From assembly GCF_009914755.1 (NCBI RefSeq), contig NC_060930.1: 64,000 nucleotides of DNA, one strand, 5' to 3'. Positions 30,004-44,790 of this stretch are shown piece after piece. The notes under the pieces were generated by a model, which worked only from the letters and a program-made list of their open reading frames with translations, was not told the origin of the DNA and made no database searches. The stretch is from the human T2T-CHM13v2.0 reference genome, Homo sapiens. How positions within the stretch are numbered: the first letter of the stretch is position 1; each line of letters begins with the position of its first letter. Both the position numbers and the translations under genes were made by a program.

Positions 30004-30702
30004 AGTAAGAGAGTATATGAGTTTGGCACCACAGGGTGGATAGGCAAAACAATTTGGTTGGATAAGGTGCAGATCCTGAACTAATTTGTAAGACTTGTGT
30101 GGTTTTTGGACAGGTAAAATGGGGGAGTTGTGAGGAGAGTTTATAGGCTTTAACAGGCCATGCTGTAACAGGAGAGTGATAACAGGCTTTAATCCTTTTA
30201 AAGCGTGCTGTGGGATGGGATACTGACGTTGAGCGAGGTAAGGGTGATTAGGTTTTAATGGGATGGTAAGGGGTGCATGATCAGTCACCAAGGAGGGAGG
30301 TGGATTAAAGTAGGGAGATACAAGGGGAGGATGCGAAGGAGGCTTTGAACTGGGGAAAAGGTCGGCAATGAGGTGTGGCTCTTGCGTAGGAATAGTCAGG
30401 GAAGCGGATAATTTAGTTAAAATGTCTTGTCCTACTAAGAGAACTGGGAAGGTGGGGATAACTAAAAAGAAGTGCATAAAAGAATATTGTCCAAGTTGGT
30501 GCCAGAGTTGGGGAGTTTTAAGAGGTTTAGAAGCCTGGCCATCAATACCAACAACAGTTATGGAGGCAAGGGAAGCAGGCCCTTGAAAAGAAGGTAATGT
30601 GGAGTGGGTAGCCCCCGTATTGATTAAGAAGGGGACGGACTTACCTTCCACTGTAAGAGTTACCCAAAGTGTCTGTGATGGTCCAGGAGGCTTCCAAGGC
30701 AA
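29995..30702 (-). pseudogene. HERV-H protease / RT N-terminus remnant
   Basis: LTVEGKSVPFLINTGATHS (catalytic D replaced by N), GQDIL, QRQYPIP, SPHNSPILPVQKP. Confidence 0.85.
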
Positions 30703-32442
30703 TCAGGCAGCATCAGTCTTTAGCCGCTAAGCTGAGAAGATCTGGGAAGGAGTCAGTCAGAGCCTTGGGCCAGTTGGATAGTCTGATTTCCAGTGGGGTC
30801 CCACATAGATGGGACATGGCTTAGGAGGAATCCTGGGCTGCAGGCATTCCTTGGCCTAGTGGCCAGATTTCTGATACTTGAAAGAAGATGCTGGGGGAGG
30901 AGGACCTGAAGGAATGCCTGACCACTCTGGCTTAGGCGTTTTGAAGTTCTTGTGTGCTGGAGATATGGCTGGGATTTCTCTCGCAGCAGAGGCAAGTAAT
31001 TGCAACTCTTCTTTATTATTGTGCACCTTGAAGGTGAGGTTAATTAAGTCCTGTTGTGGGGTTTCAGGGCCAGAATCCAATTTTTGGAGATTTATTTAAT
31101 GTCGGGAGCAGATTGGGTAATAAAATGCATATTGAGACTAAGACGGCCTTCTAACCTTTCAGGGTCTAGGGCTGTAAAGCATCTCAGGGTTGCTGCCAAA
31201 CAAGCCATGAACTGGGCTGGGTTTTTATATTTGATGAAAAAGAGCCTAAATGCTAACTGATTTGGGAGAGGTCGGATAAAGAAAAAGGAGCATTAACCTT
31301 GACTATGCTTTTAGCTCCAGTCACTTCCTTAAGAGGAACCGTTGGGCAGGTGGGAGAAGGCTAGTCTCGGAATGAAACTGTAAGCCGAATGGGGTGTGGG
31401 GAGAGGAGGTGATAGAAGGGTGGGGGAGAGAAGGCTGAGGAAGATTTGGAGCCTGATTCAGCCTGGAGGGGAGTGACCTGGGGCAGTCTGGGGAGGAGGG
31501 GAGAGGTCAGATGGGCTGGTAGAAAATGAAGATTGGAAAGACTCAGCAATGCTTGGGATTGGGACTTAGGGGACAGGCGGGAGGGAAAGAAGGAAGATTT
31601 GGGATGAGTTGCATTGGGAACAGAGACTAGGGAGGGATCAATATGTAAAGGAATGTCTGGACGTCAGGCATCTCAGACCGTTTGCCCATTTTATGACAAA
31701 AATAATCTAGATCTTGTAGTATGGAAAAATAGAAAGTGCCATTTTCTGGCTATTTGGAACCATTGTCAAGTTTGTACTGGGGTCAAGTGGCATTGCAGAA
31801 GAAAATAAGGCATTTAGGTTTTAGGTCAGGTTTGAGTTGAAGAGGTTTTAAGTTTTTGAGAGCACAGACTAAGGGAGAAGAAGGAGGAATGGAGGGTGGA
31901 AGGTTGCCCATAGTGAAGGAGGCAAGCCCAGAGAAAAGAGAGGGTAGAGACACAGAGAGAAGGGGTGTGGGGGGGGGGGTGCTTGCCCCCCGGGAAAGTG
32001 GTGCTTGCCACTAAGGGTGAAGGATCAAGGCAGGCATACCCACGGTGATCAGACACCTCTGAAACGTGGGTGAATAATCAAGCAGGTGTCCCCGCAGTGA
32101 TTAAACGCCAAGGGAAGACTGTCTTCCTGAGTCTGTGATTGGAACCGGAATTTTGGTTTCACGGATAAAACGCATCTCCTCTGTCTCTACCAGAAAAGGA
32201 AAGGAATTGAAATTAAGAGAAGTGAGAGATTGAAGGATGGCGCCATGATTGAAAGTAGAAAGAGGTTGAGGGATAGTGACAGAGGTTGGATAAGAGAGTA
32301 AAAAGAGGCCGCTTACTTGATTTAAAATTGGTGAGATGTTCCTTGGGCTGGTTGGTCTGAGGACTGGAGGTCGTAGGTGGATCTTTCTCATGGACCAAAG
32401 AGCAAGAGGACAGGGAATTGATCTCCCAAGGGAGGTCTCCTG

Positions 32443-32460
32443 ATCTGAGTCACGGCACCA
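32443..32460 (-). promoter_or_regulatory. Primer-binding site, tRNA-His
   Basis: Minus strand TGGTGCCGTGACTCAGAT next to the 5' LTR; one mismatch to the His PBS TGGTGCCGTGACTCGGAT. Confidence 0.92.
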
Positions 32461-34191
32461 AATGTCACGTGCGTCCAGGTGAAGAGCCCACCAAACAGGC
32501 TTTGTGTGAGCAATAAAGCTGTTTATTTCCCCTGGGTGCAGGCAAGCTGAGTCTGAAAAGAGAGTCTGAAAAGAGTGTCAGCAAAGCGAGATAGGGGTAG
32601 GGCCGTTTTATAGGATTTGGGTGGATAGTGGAAAATTATAGTCAAATGGGATTTTTCTCTTGCAGGCAGGGGTAGGGGTCACAAGGTGCTCAGTGGGGGA
32701 GCTTCTGAGCCAGGAGAAGGAATTTCACAAGGTTAATCACTCAGTTAAGGTGGGGCAGGAACAAATCACAATGGTGGAATGTTATCAGTTAAGGCATGAA
32801 CCGGCCATTTTCACTTCTTTTGTGATTCTTCATTTGCTTCAGGCCATCTGGATGTATATGTGCATGTGGCAAGGGATATGATGGCTTAGCTTGGGCTCAG
32901 AGGCCTGACAAAAAGAAGCTTTCATCAGAGTGAAGAGATAACCTATAAAATGGGAGAATATTTTTACAACCTATCCATCAGACAAAAGTCTAATATCCAG
33001 AAACTAAAAGAAAGTTAAACAAATTTACAAGAAAAAAAATTAAAAAGTGGGCAAAAAACATAAACAGACACTTCTTAAAAGAAGACATTTATGTGGCCAA
33101 GCAACATGAAAAAAAGCGCAATATCACTAATCATTAGAAAAATGCAAATCAAAACCACAAAAATATCATCTCTCGCCATTTAGAATGGTGATTACTAAAA
33201 AGTCAAAAAACAACAGATGCAGGTGAGGCTGTGGAGAAACAGGAGTGCTTTTACACTATTCGTGGGAGTGTAAATTAGTTCAATCATTGTGGAAGACAGC
33301 ATGATGATTCCTCAAAGACCTAGAACTAGAAATACCACTTGACCCAGCAATCCCATTACTGGGTATATGCTCAAAGGAATATAAATCATTCTTTTCTAAA
33401 GATACATGCATGTGTATGTTCTTTCCAGCACTATTCACAACAGCAAAAACATGGAATCAACCCAAATGCCCATCAAAGACAAACGGGATAAAGAAAATAG
33501 AGTACACATACACCTTGGAATACTATGTAACTGTAAAAAGGAATGAGAACATGTCCTTTGCAGGGACGTGGATGAAGCTAGAAACCATTATTCTCAGGAA
33601 ACTAACACAGGAGCAGAAAACCAAACACCACATGCTCTCACTTATAAGTGGGTGCTGAACAAAGAGAACAAGTGGACACAGGGAGGGAATAACACACACT
33701 GGGGCCTGTCAGAGGAAGGTGGAGGGAGGGAGAGCATCAGAATAAATAGCTAATGTATGCTGGTCTTAATACTTAGGTGATGGGTTGATAGGTGCAGCAA
33801 ATCTCCATGGCACATGTTTGCCTATGTAATAAACCTGCACATCCCTCCCATGTATCTTGGAACTTAAAATTAAATTAAATTAAATTAAAAGAAAAGTTTA
33901 AAATGTTTTTAAGTGAATGTGTATAAGTTACATGTACTAGTCATTTTCTAAGATCAAAAGATATTTTTGGTATTTTTCTCAGATAGTAGAAAGTGAATAA
34001 GTGTGATGAACATGTTAAAAATCCCTGTAAAATTCTAGTTGTTCCTAATTCTTGGTTTCAAGAAATTTGAAAGAAGAGCTATAAAGTTGTCAGCTAACAG
34101 AACATAAAAATAATTTTATTGACAATTTTTTATGACTTATGTTTATAATATAAACAAAGTTTGAAGGATTGAGTAATTTGAACAAGGACTC

Positions 34192-34675
34192 CGTAATAGT
34201 GTTTCTACATAAAAAGAAACAACATGAGATATTATGATATGTCATGATATGACATATTGTAATGTCATAATACAAATCCCATATATATATGAGAGAGAGA
34301 GACAGAGAGATTGATTTACAGAATTGGCTCATATGATTACAGAAGCTGGCAAATCCAAAATTTGCAGTTCAAGTCCAGAGGTCATCAGGCTGGAGGTCCA
34401 GGAAACAACCAGTGTTGCAGCTCAAGTCTGAAGCCTCTCTGCTGACAGGCTTCTTCTTGCTCAGAGTAGGTAGGTCATTTTGTTCTATTCAGTCTGTCAA
34501 CTGATTACATAAGGCCCACCCACATTATGGAGGGCAATCTGCTTTATTTAGGTCCATCAATTTAAATGTCCATGACATCCAAACACACCCTCACAGAAAT
34601 ATCCAGAATAATGCTTGATCACATATCTGTGCACCATGACTCAGCAACATTAACACAAAATTAACCATTATCACA
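34192..34675 (-). mobile_element. MLT2B/C-like solo LTR
   Basis: GGCCCACCCACATTATGGAGGGCAATCTGCTTTA...AAATTAACCATTATCACA. Confidence 0.8.
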
Positions 34676-35604
34676 GACTCTCAGTGCTTGCAGACTAGAT
34701 TTTATTCTGAATCCTGTCTCATTTTAAAAATAAGAAGTGTTCAATCACACAACTACCTCTGCCATTAAGAGAAAAATGCATGCATTTTCAGTAAAATTTT
34801 ACTTTTTATGTTTAGTACTTATCAAGTGTATAAACACACACAAATATATACATACATTATTTAATTATTGACTAATGCAAAGTAAAATAACTATTCAATT
34901 CAAAGTATAAGATTTTTTTTCCCACAGGACATAAAATGACTTTAATTTTAATAAAAGATAATCAATAAAATAGGCTGCTGGTGGCTTGGTTTAGACTACT
35001 TTTCAGAGTGAAAAGCTTTTGAATCCCACAACTTCAGGGACCATATTCTATTGCAGGTTTTGCTTCTAGGTACCTTACCACATTCTCACAGTCAAGAATC
35101 AATAAACATTGCCATGTGCCTGGCAGAGAAAAGGGAATAGTAGTCATATAAAAATATGGAGAGTTTATTCTCTCTAACAAAAGCCAACTGCCCAGGGAAA
35201 AAGACTTTAACAAAGTTTACCTCACATAGGCAGAAGAGCGATTATCCAACTGCAGATCTTGAAGCTTTTCTGTCTCACCTAAGTGGTAGTGTTGTGGGGG
35301 CAGTTGGGTAAGGCACATGTGAATGTTACAGCCTAGGGATGCAGGCAAACTAAAAAACAGATTTCTGAGGCTTAATTATATGATAGATCTTTAGTTTAAT
35401 TAAGCAATAGTTTGGCTTTTTTAATTGTACAGATTATGCATATGTTATGGTGAATATATTCCTAACTGTGACATGACTTAGGATCCTATTTTCCATGTTA
35501 TTTTAATTTTTCATTTTCAAATAGTTTGCTGATAGCTTATAGAAATGCAGTGGGTTTTTGCACTACTTTGTATCCTAAGACGAGTCTAAATTTATTTATT
35601 AATT

Positions 35605-36192
35605 TGTCGATAAAAAGAGTCAAACTCTGTAAAATATTTGAAGAGATTTATTCTGAGCCAAATATGAGCGACCATGGCCCATGACACAGCTCTCAGGAGG
35701 TCCTGAGAACATGTGCTCATGCTGGTCAGGGTACTGCTTGGTTATGTACACTTTAGGGAGGCATGAGACTTCAATCAAATACATTTAAGAAATACATTGG
35801 TTTGACCCAGAAAGACAGAACAACTTGAAGGGGGCGGAGCTTACAGCTTATTATTTAGATTTAAAAATTTTCTGGTTGACAATTGGTTGAGTTTATCCAA
35901 AGACCTGGAATCAATAGAAAGGAATGTCTGGGTTGTGATAAGAGTTTGTGGAGACCAAAGTTTTATCATGCAGATGAAGACTCCAGGTAGCATGCTTTAG
36001 AGAGAATAGGTTGTAAAATGTTTCTTATCAGAATTAAAGTCTGTGTTGATGTTAACGCCAGAGAAGTAAAATGAAGCATGTCCAAGTCATGGCCTGAACC
36101 AGTCTTACAGATTAAATTTTAAAAGACCCCTGGCTGAGGACTAAGTCCATTCAGATGTTTGAGGGTCATAGAATTTTATTCTTTTGTTTACA
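35605..36192 (-). mobile_element. MER4D/E-like solo LTR
   Basis: TGTCGATAAAAAGAGTCAAACTCTGTAAAATATTTGAAG...TTTGTTTACA; TSD AATT. Confidence 0.85.
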
Positions 36193-36668
36193 AATTCTAG
36201 TCATTATTTTTGTAGCTTTCTTATGGCTTTCCATGAAAATTACCGGGTGGTCTATGAATAGTAAGTTTAACTTCATGTATTACAAAATTATTTAAATATA
36301 CTTTTCTTGACTTATTTCACTGTTTAGAATCACTAATCTAATGTTGAATAGAAGTGATGAGGATAAATACCCTTTCTCTTTTCACCAACTATGGAGAAAA
36401 AATATTTAGTCTTTCACACCAAATGTAATATTGCTACAGGATTTTTTGTAGATCCCCTTTATCAGGTTGAGCCCATTTCTTTATACTTCCAGGTTGCAAA
36501 TGAAAGAGTTCATATTATTATTGGATGTGGGATTTTTATCAATAATTATTTTGTAGCTAAAAAAACATATATATATATGGTTATTCTACTTTATTTTGTT
36601 AGTACCATGGCTTGTATTGATTAATTTTTGAAGGCTAAGCCAGCCTTGCTTTATTTATAATGTACTAT

Positions 36669-37379
36669 TGTAACCGCCCTATAGATTCACCTTGCCAGCT
36701 GCCTAGACAGAACCGATTTATCAAGACAGGGGAATTGCAATGGAGAAAGAGTAATTCGCACAGAGCCAGTTGTGCGGTAAACCAGAGTTTTATTATTACT
36801 CAAATAGGCCTCCACGAGCATTCAGGGATCAGAGTTTTTAAAGATAATTTGGCGGGTAGGGGCTTGGGAAGTGGGGAGTACTGATTAGTCAGGTTGGAAA
36901 TGGAATTATAGGGGGTTGAAGTTAGGTTTTCTTAATGTCTTCTGTTCCTGGGTGTGATGGCAGAACTGGTTGGGCCAGATTACTGGTCTGGGTCGTATCA
37001 GCTGATCCATGGAGTGCAGGGTCTGCAAAATATTTCAAGCTCTGTTCTTAGGTTTTACAATAATGATGTTATCCCCAGGAGCAATTTGGGGAGGTTCAGA
37101 CTCTTGCAGCCAGAGGCTGCATTTCCCATAAATTGTAATTTCCAATCTTGTAGCTAATTTGTTAGTCCTGCAAAGAAGGGGGTCTTTTCGGGTAAAGGGC
37201 TATTATCAATTTTGTGTCAGAGTCAAAATATGAACTAAATTCATTCCCAACATTAGTTCAGCCTATGCTCAGGAATGAACAAGGGCAGCTTGAGGATTAG
37301 AAGCAAGATAGAGTCGGTTAGGTCTGATTTCTTTCACTGTCATAATTTCCTCAGCTATAATTTTGCAAAGGCCGTTTCA
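36669..37379 (-). mobile_element. LTR8-like solo LTR
   Basis: TGTAACCGCCC...GACAGAACCGATTTATCAAGACAGGGG; ends TTTGCAAAGGCCGTTTCA; TSD CTAT/CCAT. Confidence 0.85.
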
Positions 37380-37957
37380 CCATTATCTTACATATTAATA
37401 ATTTAATTTGCTAATATTTTTAAAGACTTTTAAAATTTACACTTATGGAAGATATTGGGCTCTATAATAGTTTTCTCTTTGTATGTGTTTTTATGATTTT
37501 GGTATGGGGTAATGCTGGCCTCATAAAATGAGTTTGTGATGGGGTTCAGGATATGCTACCACAAAATATAACACCTTGGCATTTGCAAAAACAGCAGAAG
37601 CAGAAAGGTCTCTCTGACCTTCTCCCACTGTTCTCCCTCCCCTAAAACAGGCCATAAAATAATTATCTGCCTTTCCTCTAAAGTAGGACTTAAGACCATC
37701 CTTTCAGAGTGATGCTCCCTATACTTATAGAGGAAAGGACAGGAAGGCACAAAGGCAGGGAAGAATCTGAACAGACAGGCCTTGCCATGTTCCCATGCCC
37801 ACTCCCTAGTTTATTACCATGAAATTATACCTGTTTTTTCTAATCATACTTCTACATACACACTCTTCATCAAACCTAAGCATAAAAATATATACTTTCC
37901 CCTGTTTCTTTGGGTCTTTATCTTTGAAGGCTCCCATGACATTTAAAATTTATATTA

Positions 37958-39393
<1,436 letters not shown>

Positions 39394-40014
39394 AAAATTT
39401 ATATTAAATTAATCTGTATGTGTTTTTCTTGTTAATCTGTCTGTTATGTGTGCGTCTAATTGAAGAGACACCCTGAACAGGCTAAGTGTGAGCAACAAGG
39501 TTGTTTATTCACTGGGTGCGGGTGGGCTGAGTCCGAAAAGGAAGTGGTGGGGTTGGAGCTAGTTTTATACTTTAGGGGTAAGCAGTGGAAAGTTATAGTT
39601 CGGAGCTGTTTATTGAGGGCAGGGGAAGAATGTCATAAGGTACATTATCATAAGGTTACAGAGCACAGTGTCATGAGGTTGATTGATCAGTTAGGGTACA
39701 GCCTGTTACAATGATAGAATGTCACAAGGTTGGCTGATCAGCTAAGACAGGAACTAGCCGTTTTTCTTCTTTTGTGGTTTTCCTGTCGTCCCAGACTTTC
39801 TGGCTCCAGGAGACCTTCTGGATGTGTACGTGTGAGTCACAGGGGTCACGATGGCTTGACCATGGCGCCGCCTGCTCAGAGGACCTTACATTCCTGTCTT
39901 TTTATGCTAACAAAACAAAACAAGAAAAAGTAGTGAAATGTTGGGGTGGTGAAAATTTTGGGGATGGTATGGAGAGATGATGGGCGATGTTTTTCAGGGC
40001 TTCTTCGAGCAGGC

Positions 40015-40617
40015 TTAGGGACGGCGTGGGAACCTAAGGTGGGAGAGATTAAACAGAAGAAAGATCTTGGGGTAAGGGGGATACTGTGCAGTTGCTAGAA
40101 GGGGCATTTGTCGTACTGACTGATTAGTAATAGCTTGGATGCGATTTTGTATGAACTGAGAGATGAGTCTAAAAAGACAAAGTCCCAATAAGATGAGGAG
40201 AAGGATGAGTGCAAAGGGGCCTGTCAGTGGAAGGAACCATGAATCTAAGCTAGAGAATGGCCAGGTAGTGCCAGTATAACTATTTGCCTGATTAGTGAGC
40301 TTTTGGGCTCTGTCTTTAAGTTTTTTAATGTTGTCATATACAAGGCCTGATTGATTTAAGTAAAAGCAGCACTCTTCATTTAAGAATAGGCAGAGTCCTC
40401 CTTTGTCAGCAGTAAGCAGATCGAGGCCTTGGCGATTTTGGAGGACAGCTGCGGCTAAGGAATCGACCTGGGTTTGGAGGACAGAAAGTGTTTGAGTTAT
40501 ATCAGTAAGGCTAGTGGAGAAGTCACTGAAAAGACTGCAAAACGTGTTGATGGAAGTTATAAGACCTGCTATTCCTGTTCCACTGGCAGTGGCTGAAACT
40601 CCTAATCCTACAAGCAA
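40015..40617 (-). pseudogene. env: env transmembrane subunit ORF remnant, 200 codons open
   Basis: Fusion peptide, ISD LQNRQGLDLLTADKGGL, CLFLNEECC, membrane anchor and cytoplasmic tail; non-ATG start; upstream SU broken. Confidence 0.88.
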
Positions 40618-43600
40618 GGGAGTTAATGGGATGACTTTTTTTTTTTTTTTTTTTTTGTCATGTTGGAGTTATGAGGGGAATGGGGAGTTGTTTGTTTCCA
40701 TTTGTAAACTCGATCTTGGGAGTAAGGAAGATTAAAGTGAAGGTGCCTGTCCAATTGGCAGGGAGGCACATGTATGCGGAAAAACCAACAGAAACAAAAA
40801 GAGTCCATGAGGCAGGCATAACTGGAAGTGGAGAGTAAAAAAAATGAGAGTGTGTTCTGGAAGCAGAGTCCTGCACCCAGAGCCCTAGGGATCCAGCAAG
40901 GGCAGCGGCTATTAGAGGTTGTAGTGGGGTTTGGTAGGATAACTGTGTAGAGGGAGAGGTTCTGTTTTAATGGTGTGAAAAAAAGAATTTGGTATCTGTA
41001 AGTAGCCATTCACTGTTATTTATAAGACTAGGTATAAACAGGCAGGCAGAAGGCCTTGGAGGGGAATCCATTGAACAGGGGAAGGATAGCCAAGGATGGA
41101 GTGAGAGCCAGGGTAAATGTCTTCCTAGGCAAAAGTTGCTACTGATGTTTTTAAGAGTGTTAGTGATGAGGGAGGGCTTTTCTGTAATACGAAGCTGGAA
41201 TGCTCCAATATTTTGGTTAATGTGGGTGGCAGGGCCTTGGAGGTAAAGAGTAAAGGAACATAAGGAAGATGGGAGGTAACCCAAGGGAATTCCAGCAGGT
41301 AATTGTAGGGAGATGCATAAGGGGGCAGCAATGGGGATAGTTGTTTGTATAGTGAGGGGTCCAAGAACAGGAGGTGTGGAAGTGACGTAGGGAGATAGAT
41401 TTCGTAGGTAGGTATGGAGGAGAGCAGCAGCTTGTTGGTATGAGGTATCAGGGGAGTTTTTGCTGAATTTTTCTAGGAAGTAAAGAAGTTGTTCAGGAGG
41501 GTAAAGTTGGGGGTCACTGAAAGAGGTTTGGAGGTATAGGGAGATGGGGGAAGTTGCCCAGTGGGCTGGCAGGGCAGGGACACCTGTATAGTAGGAGGAA
41601 GAGAGGGAAATGCATAGGAAGGATTGGAGATGGTGAAGAGGGAGTGGGTGAGGTTGATGGTATTCTGGAGATAATTAGGGAGGGATAGAGGGTGGCAGGA
41701 GAACGGGAGTAAGACAAAGAGTAAGTATAAAAGAAAAGAACTTCATCAGGATGGAAGAATTGGAGAGTACTTTGCCACAGAAGGTCATCTATCCACTCTA
41801 AGAGAGAGTTAAGGGTAGCAGCTGGAGGGTGACTCCATGAGGTATCAGCTACAATGGTCTGGAGGAAAAGCGTGAACTGGCAGTATAGACAAAAGCAGGG
41901 CATTTAGAAGTAGGTGAGAATGGTGATTAGGGGCATAAGTAGACAGAGTTTAAATAGTGGGGTGACTGTGTAAAGGTCTACTGTAAATAAAAGGTATACA
42001 GGTTTATTGTTCTTTTTCAGGAATGCGGGTAAGTTTAAGGGAAGTAGGAGAGAGTACTTGTGACTTCCAGGAGGAGGTGGAGGAGCTAGGCTGGTCGTCA
42101 GATGGGCATAGTTTTATCCTGGAGCGATGAATCCAGTGGGGAGGATTCTGTAGACTGACCACTGTTGGGGTACTATAGATGACCAGGTAGGATCCTGTCC
42201 ACAGAGGTTGTAGAGTTTGAGGGGTTAGGTTCTTAACGAGAACTGACAGTCCAGCTAGGGTGTCTTCATATCACTGGGTCTCTGGAGTAGGTAACAGGAA
42301 ATTGGCAGCTTGGCAGATTTTATGTCTAGCCTGTTGAAGGACAAGAAGATAATCACCAAGAGGGCTGGTGTTTGGAATAAGGTTGGGCCCAAGCAGAAAG
42401 GTGCGACCATATAAGAGTTTAAATGGACTGTACCTGGTGGGTTCCTGGGGTGTGGCTCGAATTAGGAGGAGTGCAAGGGGTAGAAGAGTGGTCCAGTCTT
42501 TCTGAAGCTGGAGGGTAAGTTTAGCGAGGTGTGTTTTTAAAAGGCCTTTGGCTTTCTCTACTTTTCCAGAGGACTGAGGGTGATAGGGGGCATAAAGATT
42601 CCATTGGATACCAACGGCTGGTTAATGAAGGCCGGCCTGTTATCAGACTGTATGGAAGTAGGGAGACAAAACCGGGGGATTATGTCTGTTAGAAGAGACA
42701 AAATAATGGCCCTGGCTTTTTTAGACCTCCTGGGAAAAGCCAGAACCCATCTGGTCAAGGTGTTGACCCAAACCAGGAGGTATTTGAGTTTCTGGACATG
42801 GGGCATATGAGTAAAGTCAATTTGCAAATCTTGCGCAGGGGTGAACCCTCGTGCTTGATGCATAGGGAAAGGAGGAGGTTTGGGAAAGAGCTGGGGGGTA
42901 GTAGAGTGGCATATAGCACATTGAGAGGTGATTGTTTTAAGTATGGATTTCCAGGCTGGAAAAGAAATGAGAGGTTCTAAAAAGCGGATTAAAGGTTTAT
43001 ATTCTACATGGAAGTGGTCGTGAAAGGACGAAAGGACAGAGTAAGCTTGAGACGCAGGGAGAATGAGCTTTCCATGATCTAAAAAACAGTTGTCTTGAGT
43101 GGGAAGTGACTGGTAGGTTAAGGTTTTGGAAGGAGAGTAGGTAGGAGTGATAGATGAGAAAGAGAAATATTAGCCACTGGGAGCAGATACCGGGGAGTTT
43201 GCTGCGTTTTTGGCTGTTTTATCGGCATAGGTATTTCCTGGGGCAATGGGGTCAGAGGTGTTTTGGTGTCCTTTGCAGCGGATTACTCCAGCTTTGGCTG
43301 GAAGGAGGGCAGCTTAAAGGAGGGCTTTTATTAAGTGAGCATTGATAATAGAGGGCCCTTGTGTAGTGAGAAAACCTCTTTCTGCCCAGATGACAGCATG
43401 GTGGTGGAGAATATGGAAGGCATATTTGGATTTGGTATAGATACTAACATGCAGTCCTTTGGTAAGAGTTAGGGCAGGAGTTAGTGCTATTAATTTAGCT
43501 TGTTGAGAGGCTGCAGATGGGGGGAGTGTGGCAGTTTCAATGATAGATGAGTGAGACACAACAGCATAGCTAGCTTTACCTGGTGATGATCAACTGGTTT

Positions 43601-44211
43601 TTCAAGAACCGCCGTCAATAAACCAAATGTGGTCTGGGTCAGGGATAGGGAAAAGGGAAATATGGGGAAAAGAAGAGGAGGCTATGTGGATTAAGGAAAT
43701 AGAGTTGTGGGGATCAGGATTTGTAGTGGGTATTAAGTGAGAGGCCAGGTTGAAGTCCAGTCCAAAGGCAATGGTTACCATGGGATTTTTGATAAAGTGT
43801 GAATAGAGTTGGAGGACGCAGGGGGCCGAGAATATGTGTTTTATGCGTGAAGAGGAAACTAAGTCTAGGAGATTGTCAGAGCTATAAAGGGTAAGTGAGG
43901 CATAGTCTGTGATTTTGAGAGACTCTAAGAGTATAAGGGCTGTTGCCGCTGTGGCGTGCAAACATGATGGCTAGCCCAGGACTGTACGATCAAGCTGTTT
44001 GGATAAATAGGCTAATGGTTGCAGGCCTGGTCCCTGAGTAAGAATATCTATAGCGTAGCCCTGCATGTCTGCTGTGTGAAGGAAGAAGGGTTGAGAGGAG
44101 TTGGGGAGCGCTAGAGTGGGGGCTGTCTCTAGGGCCTTTTTTACAGAGTAAAAGGAGGGGCAAGGGAAGGATTTAGGATCTATGGGTTCAGCTAAATTTC
44201 CTTCTGTGAGT

Positions 44212-44790
44212 TTACAGAATGGTTTGGTTAGGATGGCAAAACCTGGTATCCAAAGGCGGAAGTATCCAACAATGCCTAAGAAGGAGGAGTTGTTTGGTGG
44301 TGGGGATTGGAGTTTGGGAGATTAGCTGAATATGGTCTGCCGGAAGTAAACGCATATGTTGATGGAGGATTATACCGAGATAGGTAACACTTGGGGAAGA
44401 AATTTGAGCTTTGGAGGGGGATATTCTGTACCCCTTTGAGTAGAGATGTTGAAGAAGCAGGATAATATCTTGCTGGGAAGATTGGTAAAAGGGGCTGCAA
44501 AGAAGGTCATCCACATATTGAATGAGATGGGAAGCAGATGGATGAAAAGAAAGCAGGTCATGGGAGAGGGCCTGGCTAAAGTAGTGTGGGCTATTTCTGA
44601 AACCCTGTGGTAGAAGGGTCCAGGTGGGTTGTTGGGACTGGTGGGTGTCAGAGTCAGTGCAAGTAAAAGTGAAAAGAGGCTGGGAAGAGGGATGTAAGGG
44701 GATGGTAAAGAAGGCATCTTTGAGGTCAATAACAGAATAGTGAATTGTAGAAGGGGGTATTGAGGATAGGAGAGTATAAAGGTTTGGCAC
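44212..44790 (-). pseudogene. pol: Reverse transcriptase core remnant
   Basis: IDLKDAFF, LPQGF and YVDD motifs; frameshifted downstream. Confidence 0.88.

Larger units (their letters stand above)
26082..32910 (-). mobile_element. HERV-H provirus (common pol/env-deleted type), LTR7/LTR7B-like LTRs at 26082-26516 (3') and 32463-32910 (5')
   Basis: LTRs begin TGTCAGGCCTCTGAGCCCAAGCTAAGCCATC on the minus strand; TSD AAAAG; His PBS; gag/pro/pol/env remnants; RT lacks YxDD (YFSQAQISS junction). Confidence 0.95.
35490..37534 (-). mobile_element. Diverged L1M ORF2 fragments hosting the MER4D/E and LTR8 insertions
   Basis: ATGTTGAATAGAAGTGATGAG and GGGTAATGCTGGCCTCATAAAATGAGTT (antisense L1 ORF2). 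Confidence 0.7.

Noticed and set aside
32443-32460. tRNA-like 3' end sequences here and at 47494-47513
   Set aside because: They are retroviral primer-binding sites, not tRNA genes.
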